Of a DNA stretch of 64,000 nt, positions 41,749 through 52,423 are shown piece after piece. The position numbers and the translations under genes are program-made. The stretch comes from an uncultured PS1 clade bacterium (GTDB lineage: Bacteria > Pseudomonadota > Alphaproteobacteria > MED-G09): contig CACOFZ010000006.1 of the NCBI GenBank assembly GCA_902626605.1, positions 2,809 to 66,808 on the forward strand, in the 5' to 3' direction. Every line of letters begins with the position of its first letter. Position 1 is the first letter of the stretch. The notes under the pieces are model-generated. The model did no database searches. It saw only the letters and a list, made by a program, of their open reading frames with translations, and was not told where the DNA came from.

Positions 41749-42501
41749 ATGAGTAATTTTAATTTAGTTAGTGACAATTTTCTTGCTTTCGCCCATAGAG
41801 GAGGCAATGATTTTGGTCCAGAAAACTCTCTTAAATCTTTTGTGTCCGCCTATGAAATTGGATATAAATATCTTGAAACAGACGTTCATCTCTCAAAAGA
41901 TGGTTATTTAGTAGCATTTCATGACGAAAGCCTTGATAGAGTTACAAATAAAAGTGGTTTTATAAAAGACCTGAATTTAAACGATATAAAAAAGGCTAAA
42001 ATTAACGATGTCGAAGAAATTCCTTTATTAATTGATCTTTTGGAGAATTTACCTGGGTGTTTTTTTAATATAGATTGTAAATCTGATGATACAGTTATAC
42101 CATTAATAAACTTAATTAAAAAATATTCACTTTTAGACAGAGTTTGCATTGGTTCTTTTTCTCAAAAAAGAATAAATTTTATTCGTAGATCTTTGGGCTC
42201 CAATGTAAAAACATCAATGGGTCCTAATGAAATTTTATTCGCTAAAATTTTATCTAATTTTTCAGTTGGTATAAATTTAAAATCAACGTATGCATCTTTA
42301 CCTATGAAAAGGTATGGTTTTAATTTGCTTAATAAAAAATATATAAATTTTTTAAAAAAGAATAATCAAAAAGTAATTGCATGGACCATAAATGATGAAA
42401 CTGAGATGAGGCTTTTAATTAAAAGGGGTGTAGACGGAATAATGACTGATAATATTTTATTATTAAAAAATATTCTTATAGAAGAAAATAAGTGGAAATA
42501 A
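41749..42501 (+). CDS. ugpQ: Glycerophosphodiester phosphodiesterase
   Basis: FAHRGG...ENSL...ETDVHLSKDG...FHDESLDR GDPD catalytic motifs. The ATG at 41749 is preferred over the track's TTG at 41740. Confidence 0.8.
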   Translation: MSNFNLVSDNFLAFAHRGGNDFGPENSLKSFVSAYEIGYKYLETDVHLSKDGYLVAFHDESLDRVTNKSGFIKDLNLNDIKKAKINDVEEIPLLIDLLENLPGCFFNIDCKSDDTVIPLINLIKKYSLLDRVCIGSFSQKRINFIRRSLGSNVKTSMGPNEILFAKILSNFSVGINLKSTYASLPMKRYGFNLLNKKYINFLKKNNQKVIAWTINDETEMRLLIKRGVDGIMTDNILLLKNILIEENKWK

Positions 42502-42568
42502 GCATATAACTTGTGTTAAATTGCAAATAATTATACAAAATATTGTGTCATTTATATAGAAAGTTCAA

Positions 42569-43870
42569 ATGGAAAAAAAATTAGATAATATTACCCCGCA
42601 AGGTTTTTTTGAGAATAGCCTTGAGAAAGCTGACAAAGATATTTTTTCAGCCATGGCTAAAGAATTACATCGTCAACAAAACCAAATAGAGCTTATTGCT
42701 TCAGAAAATATTGCCTCTAAAGCGGTTTTAGAGGCTCAAGGCTCTATAATGACAAATAAATATGCAGAGGGGTATCCATCAAGGCGATATTATGGAGGTT
42801 GTGAATATGTTGATATTGCTGAAGAATTGGCTATCGAAAGAGCTTGCAAATTATTCGAAGTTAATTTTGCAAATGTTCAACCTCACTCTGGTTCACAAGC
42901 GAACCAAGCAGTTTATACTGCATTATTAAAACCTGGTGATACTATATTAGGTATGAGTTTAGCTGCAGGAGGTCATTTAACCCATGGAGCAAAACCTAAT
43001 CAGTCTGGTAAGTGGTTTAATCCTGTTCAATATGGTGTCAGAAAATCTGATAGTTTAATCGATATTGATGAAGTTAGAGAATTGGCAGTTAAACATGAGC
43101 CTAAATTAATAATCGCAGGTGGATCTGCTTATCCAAGACATATTAATTTTAAAGATTTTCGAGAAATTGCCGATTTAGTTGGAGCTTATCTTTTAGTCGA
43201 CATGGCTCATTTTTCTGGATTAGTTGCAGGTAAATCCCATCCAAATCCATTTCCTTATGCTGATGTAGCTACCACTACAACTCATAAAGTACTCAGAGGG
43301 CCAAGAGGTGGTCTTATACTGACCAATGATGAAGAAATTTCAAAGAAAGTAAATTCAGCAATTTTTCCTGGTATTCAAGGCGGTCCTCTTATGCATACAA
43401 TTGCGGCCAAAGCAGTTTCATTTGGTGAAAGTTTAAAACCAGAATTTCATTTATACACTGAAAATGTTCTTAAAAATGCAAAAGCTTTGTCCTCTACTCT
43501 CAAGACTGATGGATTTGATATTGTTTCTGGCGGTACAGATACACATATCGTTTTAGTTGATTTAAGACCAAAAGGCATAAAAGGTAACATTGCAGAGGAG
43601 TCTCTTGGAAGAGCAGGAATAACTTGTAATAAAAATAGTGTGCCATTTGATCCTGAAAAACCAATGATCACATCAGGAATAAGATTAGGGTCTCCAGCTT
43701 GCACTACGCGAGGATTTAATATCTCAGAATTTAATATAGTAGGTGATTTAATTTGTGAGGTTCTTAATTCGATTTCTGACAATAATAATGAACCAGTTGA
43801 AGAAGTTGAAAAGAGCGTAAAAATTAAAGTTGAAAAACTTTGTAGTAAATTTCCCATATATGAGAAATAA
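42569..43870 (+). CDS. glyA: Serine hydroxymethyltransferase
   Basis: PLP-lysine region [16 protein letters not shown]; 433 aa. Confidence 0.9.
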   Translation: MEKKLDNITPQGFFENSLEKADKDIFSAMAKELHRQQNQIELIASENIASKAVLEAQGSIMTNKYAEGYPSRRYYGGCEYVDIAEELAIERACKLFEVNFANVQPHSGSQANQAVYTALLKPGDTILGMSLAAGGHLTHGAKPNQSGKWFNPVQYGVRKSDSLIDIDEVRELAVKHEPKLIIAGGSAYPRHINFKDFREIADLVGAYLLVDMAHFSGLVAGKSHPNPFPYADVATTTTHKVLRGPRGGLILTNDEEISKKVNSAIFPGIQGGPLMHTIAAKAVSFGESLKPEFHLYTENVLKNAKALSSTLKTDGFDIVSGGTDTHIVLVDLRPKGIKGNIAEESLGRAGITCNKNSVPFDPEKPMITSGIRLGSPACTTRGFNISEFNIVGDLICEVLNSISDNNNEPVEEVEKSVKIKVEKLCSKFPIYEK

Positions 43871-44346
43871 TGATGCAATGTCCTTTTTGTAACAATCAAG
43901 AAACACAAGTACGCGACTCAAGACCAACCGAGGAAAATTCTGCAATAAGAAGAAGACGCCAGTGCTTAGCTTGTGGTGGTCGTTTTACTACTTTTGAGAG
44001 AATTCAAATGAGAGATTTGACTGTTGTCAAACGATCAGGAAAAAGGGCTCCTTTTGATAGAGATAAGCTTATGAGGTCTGTAGATATTTCAGTTAGAAAA
44101 AGAAATATTGATCCAGATGTTATTGAAAGAATGGTTACCGGTATTGTTAGGCAGCTTGAGAGTACAGGTGAAACAGATATACCATCAAATTTAATTGGTA
44201 GCTTGATTATGGCAGCATTGAGAGAAGTTGATATGGTTTCTTATGTAAGATTTGCTTCAGTTTATAAAAATTTTCGTGAAGTTAAAGATTTTGAGGATTT
44301 TGTAGGAGAATTGGGGAATCCTTCTGAGATAATTCATGAAGACTAA
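43870..44346 (+). CDS. nrdR: Transcriptional repressor NrdR
   Basis: MMQCPFCN...CLACGGRF zinc ribbon plus ATP-cone; 158 aa. Confidence 0.85.
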   Translation: MMQCPFCNNQETQVRDSRPTEENSAIRRRRQCLACGGRFTTFERIQMRDLTVVKRSGKRAPFDRDKLMRSVDISVRKRNIDPDVIERMVTGIVRQLESTGETDIPSNLIGSLIMAALREVDMVSYVRFASVYKNFREVKDFEDFVGELGNPSEIIHED

Positions 44347-44370
44347 TGTATGGTTTTTTTATTTTAAATA

Positions 44371-45474
44371 ATGAAAAATTCTCAAAATGATAGCTTTTTT
44401 ATGGAATATGCAATTAGACTTGCATCAAGAAACCTAGGAAATACAGGAGAAAATCCCTCTGTAGGATGTGTTATTACTAGTGAGGATAAAATCATAAGCA
44501 TAGGAGTGACTGGAAGAAATGGTTCACCCCATGCTGAATATGATGCAATAAATGATGTTAAAAATTTTCCAAAAAATACAACTGCTTATATAACATTAGA
44601 ACCATGCTCGCATGTCGGTAAAAATCCTTCATGTGTAAAATTGTTGATAGAAAAACAAGTGAAAAGAGTTGTTATAGCTCAAATAGACCCTAACCCCGCC
44701 GTCAATGGAAAAGGAATTAAGCTTTTAAAGGCTAATGGTATTCATGTTGATATTGAGGATGATGATAAAATAGCTTTGAAAAATCATTTTGGTTTTATAA
44801 ATAATGTAAAAAATAAATATCCAGAAATTAATATCAAAGTTGCATCTTATAAGAATGGGCTAACTATTCCTAAAAAAGGTATGAAATGGATAACAAATGA
44901 TTTGTCGAGATCTTATGGGCATATTCTAAGATCTAATCATGATGCAATTATGGTTGGAATAAATACTGTATTAGCTGATGACCCCTCTTTGGATTGCAGA
45001 CTAAATGGGTTAGAAGATAGATCGCCAATAAAAATTATAATCGATACTGATTTAAAGACTCCTGCCGAGTCAAAATTAGTCAAATATTCTAATAATGATT
45101 TAATAATATTTACTAACTTATTGAATAAAAACAAAATAAATGAATTTAAAAATAAAGGTATTAAGGTTATTTATGTTAATAAAAATAACAAAGGTCTTCT
45201 TGAAATAAAAGAGATTTTATCTTTTTTAAATGAAATGAATATAAATAGATTGTTGGTTGAAGGTGGCTCAACAATTTCAAATTCCTTTGTAGAAAAAAAT
45301 CTGGTAAACTTAATATATTGGTTCTCCACTTTTAGAAATGCTGGTGAAGATAAATTACTGAATAAAAGTGATAAAAAACTCAACAAGATTAGATATAGTC
45401 AAAAATTTTTGCTAAAAGATTATATTAATTTAAGAGATAATAAGCTAGAGATCTTTAGCTTAAAGAAGGATTAA
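44371..45474 (+). CDS. ribD: Riboflavin biosynthesis deaminase/reductase
   Basis: CMP/dCMP deaminase zinc motifs HAEYDAI and PCSHVGKNPSC, plus a C-terminal reductase domain; 367 aa. Confidence 0.85.
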   Translation: MKNSQNDSFFMEYAIRLASRNLGNTGENPSVGCVITSEDKIISIGVTGRNGSPHAEYDAINDVKNFPKNTTAYITLEPCSHVGKNPSCVKLLIEKQVKRVVIAQIDPNPAVNGKGIKLLKANGIHVDIEDDDKIALKNHFGFINNVKNKYPEINIKVASYKNGLTIPKKGMKWITNDLSRSYGHILRSNHDAIMVGINTVLADDPSLDCRLNGLEDRSPIKIIIDTDLKTPAESKLVKYSNNDLIIFTNLLNKNKINEFKNKGIKVIYVNKNNKGLLEIKEILSFLNEMNINRLLVEGGSTISNSFVEKNLVNLIYWFSTFRNAGEDKLLNKSDKKLNKIRYSQKFLLKDYINLRDNKLEIFSLKKD

Positions 45475-45478
45475 TATT

Positions 45479-46078
45479 TTGTTTACAGGAATTATTACTG
45501 ATGTTGGTGAAATACAATCTATTAACTTAGATAATGGTAAAATTAAAATATCATCAAAATTTAATCATGAGGATATTAATCTTGGAGCGTCTATTTGTTG
45601 TTCAGGAATTTGTTTAACAGTTGTTGAAAAGAATAAATTTAATAAAAATTCTTATTTTTGCTTTGAAGTATCGCAAGAGACTATTTCTCGATCTTCTGTT
45701 AAATTTTGGAAAAATAATACTAAAATTAATTTAGAAAAGAGTCTAAAGTTTGGAGATGAGGTTGGAGGACACTTGGTAACGGGTCATGTTGATTGTTTGG
45801 GTGAAATTAACTCAATTACTAAATCAAAAAATAGTAATATTTTTGAAATTAAATATCCAAATAAGTATAAAAAGTTTGTCGCATCAAAAGGTTCTATATG
45901 CTTGGATGGTATTTCACTTACAATAAATGATGTTTATGATGATTTTTTTTCAGTAAATATTATACCACATACTGAAGAAAACACTTCATGGAGTAGTGTC
46001 AATAAGGGCGATAATGTAAATATTGAATTTGATGTATTGGCTAGGTATGTTTCAAGGCAGCTTGAGGAAAGATTATGA
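45479..46078 (+). CDS. ribE: Riboflavin synthase alpha chain (TTG start)
   Basis: MFTGIITDVG N-terminus with a duplicated lumazine-binding repeat; 199 aa. Confidence 0.85.
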   Translation: MFTGIITDVGEIQSINLDNGKIKISSKFNHEDINLGASICCSGICLTVVEKNKFNKNSYFCFEVSQETISRSSVKFWKNNTKINLEKSLKFGDEVGGHLVTGHVDCLGEINSITKSKNSNIFEIKYPNKYKKFVASKGSICLDGISLTINDVYDDFFSVNIIPHTEENTSWSSVNKGDNVNIEFDVLARYVSRQLEERL

Positions 46079-47181
46079 AGAAATATATTTCACCAATAGA
46101 GGATATTATTTCTGAAGCATCAAAAGGAAATATGTTTATTCTTGTAGATGCTGAAGAAAGAGAGAATGAGGGCGATCTTGTCATAGCTGCAGAGAATGCA
46201 AATGCCGATGTTATTAATTTTATGGCTAAAAACGGTAGAGGTCTAATCTGCTTGGCATTGAATGAAGATAAGGTAAATAACCTTGGACTGTCTCTTATGT
46301 CTTCAAACAATAAGTCAAGACATGAGACAGCATTTACTGTTTCTATAGAGGCAAGAGAGGGTGTTACTACGGGTATCTCTGCTCATGATAGGGCATTGAC
46401 AATTGCAACCGCAATTTCAGAAAATACAAAAAATACAGATATTGTTACCCCAGGTCATGTTTTTCCTATTAAAGCGCGTCCTGGCGGTGTTTTGGTTAGA
46501 GCTGGTCATACTGAGGCAGCTGTTGATATAGCGAAGCTTGCGGGTAAAAATCCATCCGGTGTTATTTGTGAAATAATGAATGATGATGGGACAATGGCAA
46601 GGCTTCCGGAATTAATTGAAGTTGCAAAAAAATTTAATTTAAAAATCGGAACAATTGCTGATTTAATATCATATAGAATTCATAATGATCATATAATCAC
46701 TAGAGTTCAAAGTGAAAAAATTGTGAGTGAGTTTGGCGGAGAATGGGATTGCATTGTTTATAAAAATGATCTCGATAAAGCAGAGCATATTGCTCTTGTT
46801 AAAGGAAGAATTAATTCTAATGATATAATTCCTGTGAGGGTTCACTCAGTAAATATTTTCGAAGATTTAATATCTATAAACCCTAATCGAAAGAATTTAA
46901 TCTCTAAATCAATGGAGCTAATAAATGATCTAGATTCTGGTGTAATAATACTTGTTAGGGATACAAATGATGATGCTTTATCAAACCTTCTTAAAAAATA
47001 TTCAGGCAATAATTTAAAACAAGAAAATAAATTAAAGGAGTATGGTGTTGGGGCTCAAATACTTATTGACTTAGGTGTAAGAAAAATGAATCTTATTTCA
47101 GATACTAATGCAATGCCGATAAATCTAGAGGGTTATGATTTAGAAATTTCCAAAAGACAACCTCTTGAGGATAATAGTTAA
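46075..47181 (+). CDS. ribB: 3,4-dihydroxy-2-butanone-4-phosphate synthase fused to a degenerate GTP-cyclohydrolase-II-like domain (RibBX type)
   Basis: N-terminal RibB motifs (VDAEERENEGDLV, RGLICLAL). The C-terminal half lacks the CxxGHxERxxC zinc-binding cysteines of active RibA. Confidence 0.8.
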   Translation: MKKYISPIEDIISEASKGNMFILVDAEERENEGDLVIAAENANADVINFMAKNGRGLICLALNEDKVNNLGLSLMSSNNKSRHETAFTVSIEAREGVTTGISAHDRALTIATAISENTKNTDIVTPGHVFPIKARPGGVLVRAGHTEAAVDIAKLAGKNPSGVICEIMNDDGTMARLPELIEVAKKFNLKIGTIADLISYRIHNDHIITRVQSEKIVSEFGGEWDCIVYKNDLDKAEHIALVKGRINSNDIIPVRVHSVNIFEDLISINPNRKNLISKSMELINDLDSGVIILVRDTNDDALSNLLKKYSGNNLKQENKLKEYGVGAQILIDLGVRKMNLISDTNAMPINLEGYDLEISKRQPLEDNS

Positions 47182-47608
47182 GATGTCTAAAAATATTTGT
47201 ATAGTTATTTCAGATTATTATAAACAAATTTCAGATGGCTTAGAGCTCGGGGCTAAAAATTTTTGTGATAAAAACTCAATCATTTATGAAAAATTTTATG
47301 TTCCTGGAGCTTTAGAAATTGGACCTGCAATAAAGTTTATTTCCGAGACAGAACATAATTTTGACGGTTTTGTAGCTTTAGGTTGCGTTATTAGGGGTGA
47401 AACAAGTCATTTTGATATTGTGATCAATGAGTCTGCAAGAGCTATTACTAATTTAAGTCTAGATTATTCCCTTATCATCGGAAATGGTATTTTAACTGTT
47501 GAAAACAAACAACAAGCAATCGAGAGGAGTAATGCTGATCAAGATAATAAAGGCTATCATGCGGTATTGGCTGCATCAAAGCTAATAGATTTAAAGGATA
47601 ATATTTAA
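47165..47608 (+). CDS. ribH: 6,7-dimethyl-8-ribityllumazine synthase
   Basis: 147 aa with the RibH fold, in canonical position before nusB. Confidence 0.8.
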   Translation: MRIIVKMSKNICIVISDYYKQISDGLELGAKNFCDKNSIIYEKFYVPGALEIGPAIKFISETEHNFDGFVALGCVIRGETSHFDIVINESARAITNLSLDYSLIIGNGILTVENKQQAIERSNADQDNKGYHAVLAASKLIDLKDNI

Positions 47609-47609
47609 T

Positions 47610-48065
47610 TTGAAGTCAAATATTCATAATAAAAAATCATCAGCCCGTCTTTTTGCAGTACAAATTTTATTTGAAATGGAAATAAATGGAAAAAAAATTA
47701 ATAATATTCTTGAAAGATTAACTGATGACTATTTGATAGAAATTTCAAGGTTAAATAAAGTCGAAAAAGCTGATAAGAGTCACTTAATTAGAATCTTAAA
47801 GGGTGTTACAAAAAATCAAAAAGAAATTGATTCTTATATAAAAAATAATTTAATTGGCTGGTCCTTACTGAGAATAGACTCTGTCTCTCGTTCAATATTA
47901 AGATCAGCTTTATATGAGTTAAAAGAATGTAGCGATATTCCCGTTAAAGTTATAATTAACGAATATATAGAAATATCAAAATCATTTTTTGAAGGCGAGG
48001 AACCAAATTTTATAAATGGTATTTTAGATAAAATCTCTAAAATTTATAGACCAAGCGAATTATAA
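47610..48065 (+). CDS. nusB: Transcription antitermination factor NusB
   Basis: ARLFAVQILFE N-terminus; 151 aa. Confidence 0.85.
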   Translation: MKSNIHNKKSSARLFAVQILFEMEINGKKINNILERLTDDYLIEISRLNKVEKADKSHLIRILKGVTKNQKEIDSYIKNNLIGWSLLRIDSVSRSILRSALYELKECSDIPVKVIINEYIEISKSFFEGEEPNFINGILDKISKIYRPSEL

Positions 48066-48066
48066 G

Positions 48067-48993
48067 ATGATTAATGAATTTGATTTTATAAAAAAATATC
48101 TCTCTTCAAAGGAAAAAAATTCACAATATTCTCTTAACTTTAATGATGATGTAGGTTTAGTTGATGGTAAAATCTATTCAACTGATACAATTTGTGAAGA
48201 TATACATTTTTTTTCTAATGATAAACCACATCTTATCGCCAAAAAACTTATTCGAGTAAATGTCTCTGATATAGTTTCAAAGGGAATTAAGCCAAAATAT
48301 TGCTTATTCAATTTTTCTATAGGTAAAAATATAGATGAAAAATGGATTAGTAATTTTATGAAGGGTTTAAGAGCTGATATAGAGTTTTTTAAATTAAATT
48401 TAATAGGTGGTGACACAACTAAAACATTAGACAAAACAGTTTTATCCCTGACAATTTTCGGAAATTTAATAAATGATAAATTTGTTAAAAGATCCTCAGC
48501 TAAAGGAAATGATTATATTTATGTTTCAGGTACAATTGGTGACTCTGCACTGGGTTTACATTGTAGAAAAAATTTAAGAGTAAATATTTTAAAAAAACAT
48601 AAAGAATTTTTACTGAATAGATATCTAAAGCCAAATCCTAGAATTGATTTAGTTAACTATATAAATAAAAACGCATCTGCCTCAACTGATATATCAGATG
48701 GTCTTTACAGTGATTTATATAATATATGTCGATCCTCAAATTTAGGAGCAGATATAAACTTTAATGATATTCCATTATCTAATTCAGCTAGGTCTATTAT
48801 TACAAAATACCCCAAATTAAATAACTTAATATTAAGCGGCGGTGATGATTATGAGTTGTTATTTACAGGTAAAGATGGACTAGATAGAAATAAAAAAATC
48901 ACCAAAATTGGTAAAATGAGAGAAGGCTTAAATATAAATATAACTGATTTTGATGACATAACTAATTTAGATGGTTATAAGCATAAATTCTAA
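48067..48993 (+). CDS. thiL: Thiamine-monophosphate kinase
   Basis: AIR-synthase-related fold (CEDIHFFS...LIGGDT), conserved downstream of nusB; 308 aa. Confidence 0.8.
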   Translation: MINEFDFIKKYLSSKEKNSQYSLNFNDDVGLVDGKIYSTDTICEDIHFFSNDKPHLIAKKLIRVNVSDIVSKGIKPKYCLFNFSIGKNIDEKWISNFMKGLRADIEFFKLNLIGGDTTKTLDKTVLSLTIFGNLINDKFVKRSSAKGNDYIYVSGTIGDSALGLHCRKNLRVNILKKHKEFLLNRYLKPNPRIDLVNYINKNASASTDISDGLYSDLYNICRSSNLGADINFNDIPLSNSARSIITKYPKLNNLILSGGDDYELLFTGKDGLDRNKKITKIGKMREGLNINITDFDDITNLDGYKHKF

Positions 48994-49081
48994 GAATGTT
49001 TAACTTGATATTAGAGTATTGTTTTGGCAATGTTCGTCAAAATTACTTACAAGTTAATTTAATAATGTGGAGGAAATTATT

Positions 49082-51190
49082 ATGGATATAAATATAATGT
49101 ATCTGATTATTGGATCTGGAGTATTGGCTGTTATTTATGGAATAATTACTTCTATATCTGTTTTGTCAGCAGATACAGGTAATGAAAAAATGCAAGAAAT
49201 TGCCAAAGCTATCCAAGAAGGTGCTGGAGCATATTTATCTAGACAATATAGAACAATTGCAATTGTTGGCATAGTAATCCTTTTAATTTCCCTTAGATTA
49301 TTAGGCCTTGAAGTGGCTATTGGTTTTTTAATTGGATCAGTTATGTCTGGAATAGCAGGTTATATTGGCATGTTAGTATCTGTAAGGGCAAATGTAAGAA
49401 CTACTCAAGCATCCTCAGTAAGTTTGGCTAGTGGTCTTGGTATTGCTTTCAAGTCAGGTGCTGTCACGGGTATGCTCGTTGCTGGTTTAGCATTATTAGC
49501 TGTATCAGTTTATTATTATATTTTAACAAATATTTGGATTCCTGAAAATGATAGATTAGTAATTGATGCTCTAGTTGCATTGGGTTTCGGTTCATCATTG
49601 ATTTCAATTTTTGCTAGACTAGGTGGAGGAATTTTTACCAAAGGAGCAGATGTTGGTGGAGATCTTGTAGGAAAAGTTGAGGCTGGTATTCCTGAGGACG
49701 ATCCAAGAAATCCAGCAACAATTGCTGATAATGTTGGCGATAATGTTGGTGATTGTGCAGGTATGGCCGCAGACTTATTTGAGACATACGCTGTTACTGT
49801 TGTTGCTACAATGGTTTTAGCATCTATATTTTTTACGGGTAATGTTGTTATGATGATTTACCCAATGGCAATCTGTGCAGCTTGTGTAATAACTTCTATT
49901 TTGGGTACTTATTTTGTCAAATTAGGTAAAAATAATTCTATAATGGGTGCTTTATATAGGGGATTTATTGCTACAGCTATTTTATCATTAATAGTTTTAT
50001 ATTTTGTAACGGATTTTGTTGTAGGCTTTAAAACAACTCTCTCTATTAATAATATTTCATTTAACGGTCTTGATTTGTATATTTGTGGAGTAATTGGATT
50101 AGCTATAACTGGGCTTATTATATGGATAACTGAATATTATACTGGTGTCGATTATCGCCCGGTTCAATCAATTGCAAAATCATCAGAAACTGGTCATGGT
50201 ACAAATGTAATTCAAGGTCTTGCTGTTTCAATGGAATCAACTGCTCTCCCAGCGCTTGTAATAGTTTTTGGAATTATATTAACATATAGCTTAGCTGGTC
50301 TATTTGGTATTGCAGTTGCTGTTACTACAATGCTTGCTTTAGCAGGTATGGTTGTTGCTCTAGATGCTTTTGGTCCTGTTACTGACAATGCAGGTGGAAT
50401 AGCTGAAATGTCTGAGTTACCTGAGGATGTAAGAAATACAACTGATGCATTAGATGCTGTTGGAAATACTACAAAAGCTGTTACAAAAGGTTATGCTATC
50501 GGATCGGCAGGATTAGGAGCTCTTGTTTTGTTTGGTGCATATACTGCTGATATTGATTATTTTACAACTAATGCCTTAGAAGGAAGTTATTTTTATGGAG
50601 TAACAACTGATTTTTCATTATCTAATCCATATGTTGTAGTTGGCTTATTGGTTGGCGGTATGCTTCCTTATTTATTTGCTGCAATGGGTATGACTGCTGT
50701 TGGAAGAGCTGGTTCAGCCATTGTTGAGGAGGTAAGACTTCAGTTTAAAGAAAAACCCGGAATTATGACTGGAGATGATAAACCTGATTATTCAAGAGCA
50801 GTTGATCTTTTAACAAAATCAGCAATTAAGGAAATGATTTTACCTTCATTACTTCCTTTACTTTCGCCAATCATATTATTTTATTTTATTAATTTTATAG
50901 CTACAAAAGGCGATGCTTTTTCTGCACTTGGTGCGATGCTTCTTGGTGTAATTGTAACTGGATTATTTGTTGCGTTATCTATGACAGCTGGAGGTGGTGC
51001 ATGGGATAATGCAAAAAAATATATAGAAGACGGTAATCATGGGGGTAAAGGATCAGAAGCACATAAAGCCGCTGTTACTGGTGATACAGTTGGTGATCCA
51101 TACAAAGATACAGCTGGTCCTGCAATTAACCCAATGATTAAAATTACTAATATTGTTGCATTACTTTTGTTAGCAATTTTATCGCATTAA
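49082..51190 (+). CDS. hppA: K+-independent H+-translocating pyrophosphatase
   Basis: [19 protein letters not shown] and [19 protein letters not shown] motifs. GNTTKA (Lys, not Ala) marks the K+-independent type. The ATG at 49082 has GGAGG 9 nt upstream; the track start is a GTG at 49067. Confidence 0.9.
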   Translation: MDINIMYLIIGSGVLAVIYGIITSISVLSADTGNEKMQEIAKAIQEGAGAYLSRQYRTIAIVGIVILLISLRLLGLEVAIGFLIGSVMSGIAGYIGMLVSVRANVRTTQASSVSLASGLGIAFKSGAVTGMLVAGLALLAVSVYYYILTNIWIPENDRLVIDALVALGFGSSLISIFARLGGGIFTKGADVGGDLVGKVEAGIPEDDPRNPATIADNVGDNVGDCAGMAADLFETYAVTVVATMVLASIFFTGNVVMMIYPMAICAACVITSILGTYFVKLGKNNSIMGALYRGFIATAILSLIVLYFVTDFVVGFKTTLSINNISFNGLDLYICGVIGLAITGLIIWITEYYTGVDYRPVQSIAKSSETGHGTNVIQGLAVSMESTALPALVIVFGIILTYSLAGLFGIAVAVTTMLALAGMVVALDAFGPVTDNAGGIAEMSELPEDVRNTTDALDAVGNTTKAVTKGYAIGSAGLGALVLFGAYTADIDYFTTNALEGSYFYGVTTDFSLSNPYVVVGLLVGGMLPYLFAAMGMTAVGRAGSAIVEEVRLQFKEKPGIMTGDDKPDYSRAVDLLTKSAIKEMILPSLLPLLSPIILFYFINFIATKGDAFSALGAMLLGVIVTGLFVALSMTAGGGAWDNAKKYIEDGNHGGKGSEAHKAAVTGDTVGDPYKDTAGPAINPMIKITNIVALLLLAILSH

Positions 51191-51220
51191 ATTTAAGCAA
51201 TATAAGATTTTCAAATCATA

Positions 51221-51256
51221 GAGATTCCTGTTATTTTAATAAATAATAGGAATCTC
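51221..51256 (+). promoter_or_regulatory. Stem-loop overlapping the Shine-Dalgarno of the downstream dgt-like gene
   Basis: Perfect 9-bp inverted repeat GAGATTCCT / AGGAATCTC (51221-51229 and 51248-51256) with an 18-nt AT loop. The 3' arm contains AGGA, 7 nt before the ATG at 51259. Confidence 0.5.
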
Positions 51257-51258
51257 AA

Positions 51259-52422
51259 ATGACAAAAAAAGCTGTTTTTTCCACATCCTTTGAAAACTCA
51301 AAAGGTAGATTGCATAAAGAAAATAAGAGTGAGAATAGAAATCCTTTTCAAAGAGATAGAGATAGAGTAATACATTCAGACTCATTTAGACTTTTAAAGC
51401 ATAAAACTCAGGTTTTTTTAGCTCATACAGAAGATTACTATAGAACACGTTTAACTCATTCACTTGAAGTAAGTCAAATTTCAAGAGCTGTATCCAGAAG
51501 TCTCTGTCTAGATGAAGATTTAGCAGAAGTATTAGCCTTATCTCATGATTTAGGTCATCCGCCTTTTGCTCATTCTGGTGAAGAAATTCTAAATAAATGT
51601 ATGAAAGATTATGATGGTTTTGATCACAATGCTCAGACTTTAAGAATATTAACTTCTTTAGAGGAAAGATATCCTCTATTTAAAGGCTTAAATTTAACTT
51701 GGGAAACTCTAGAGGGTATTGTTAAGCATAATGGTCCATTGTTAAATCCTCATATAGTTATAAAAGAGTATAATAAAATTCATGATTTAGAGCTAAACAC
51801 ATTTCCAGGTCTTGAGGCTCAAATTGCATCTTTATCAGATGATATAGCTTATAATAACCATGATATTGATGATGGTTTTAGAGCTGGTATAATTTCGCTT
51901 GGCGATTTAAAAAAAATTGAGTTGTTTTCAGAAATTATTAAAGAAATAAATTTTGAATTTAAAAATATTGACGATTATATGATTGTTAAGGAATTAATCA
52001 GAAGATTAATAGGCTTAATGGTAAATGATTTGATAGGCAATACTAAAAAAAATATAGAGAAAATTGAGCCCAATAACCCTGAAGAAATTAGATCTCATAA
52101 AAGTTTAGTTGCAAGTTTTTCAGATTTTTTTATTTCACAAGACAGTCAAATTAGAAAATTTTTAAGATCAAGAGTTTATCATCATAGCTTAATTGAAAAA
52201 GAGAGAGTAAGATCTATGAGAATAATTGAAGATATTTTTTCTAAATTAATAGAAAATATTGACCTTCTGCCAATTAAATTAAGAAAAAAATGCGATACTA
52301 AATATTCTAAAATATCAGCAAGAGTTATTTGTGATTATATAGCCTCTATGACTGATAGATCTGTTGTTGAAAATCATGCTAGATTATATGACAAAAATTT
52401 ATTAGATCATCCTAGGTACTAA
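51259..52422 (+). CDS. dgt: dGTP triphosphohydrolase-like HD-domain protein
   Basis: RDRDRVIHSDSFRLLKHKTQVF...RTRLTHSLEVSQI...HDLGHPPFAH HD motifs; 387 aa. Confidence 0.85.
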   Translation: MTKKAVFSTSFENSKGRLHKENKSENRNPFQRDRDRVIHSDSFRLLKHKTQVFLAHTEDYYRTRLTHSLEVSQISRAVSRSLCLDEDLAEVLALSHDLGHPPFAHSGEEILNKCMKDYDGFDHNAQTLRILTSLEERYPLFKGLNLTWETLEGIVKHNGPLLNPHIVIKEYNKIHDLELNTFPGLEAQIASLSDDIAYNNHDIDDGFRAGIISLGDLKKIELFSEIIKEINFEFKNIDDYMIVKELIRRLIGLMVNDLIGNTKKNIEKIEPNNPEEIRSHKSLVASFSDFFISQDSQIRKFLRSRVYHHSLIEKERVRSMRIIEDIFSKLIENIDLLPIKLRKKCDTKYSKISARVICDYIASMTDRSVVENHARLYDKNLLDHPRY

Positions 52423-52423
52423 A

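Noticed and set aside
43447-43908. Long antisense ORFs inside well-supported genes. Examples: 153 aa antisense to glyA/nrdR; 117 and 108 aa antisense to secD at 60088-60792; 117 aa at 38307-38660 antisense to dctP; 102 aa at 4762-5070 antisense to gatA.
   Set aside because: Each is embedded in the opposite strand of a confidently identified conserved gene. They have low-complexity, Ser/Leu/Phe/Ile-rich translations with no recognisable domains and no start context. They are the usual frame -1 shadow ORFs of highly expressed genes.
42502-44370. Glycine or FMN riboswitch upstream of glyA or ribD
   Set aside because: The spacers are only 67 bp (before glyA) and 24 bp (nrdR-ribD). They are too short and too AT-rich to hold the conserved riboswitch cores.
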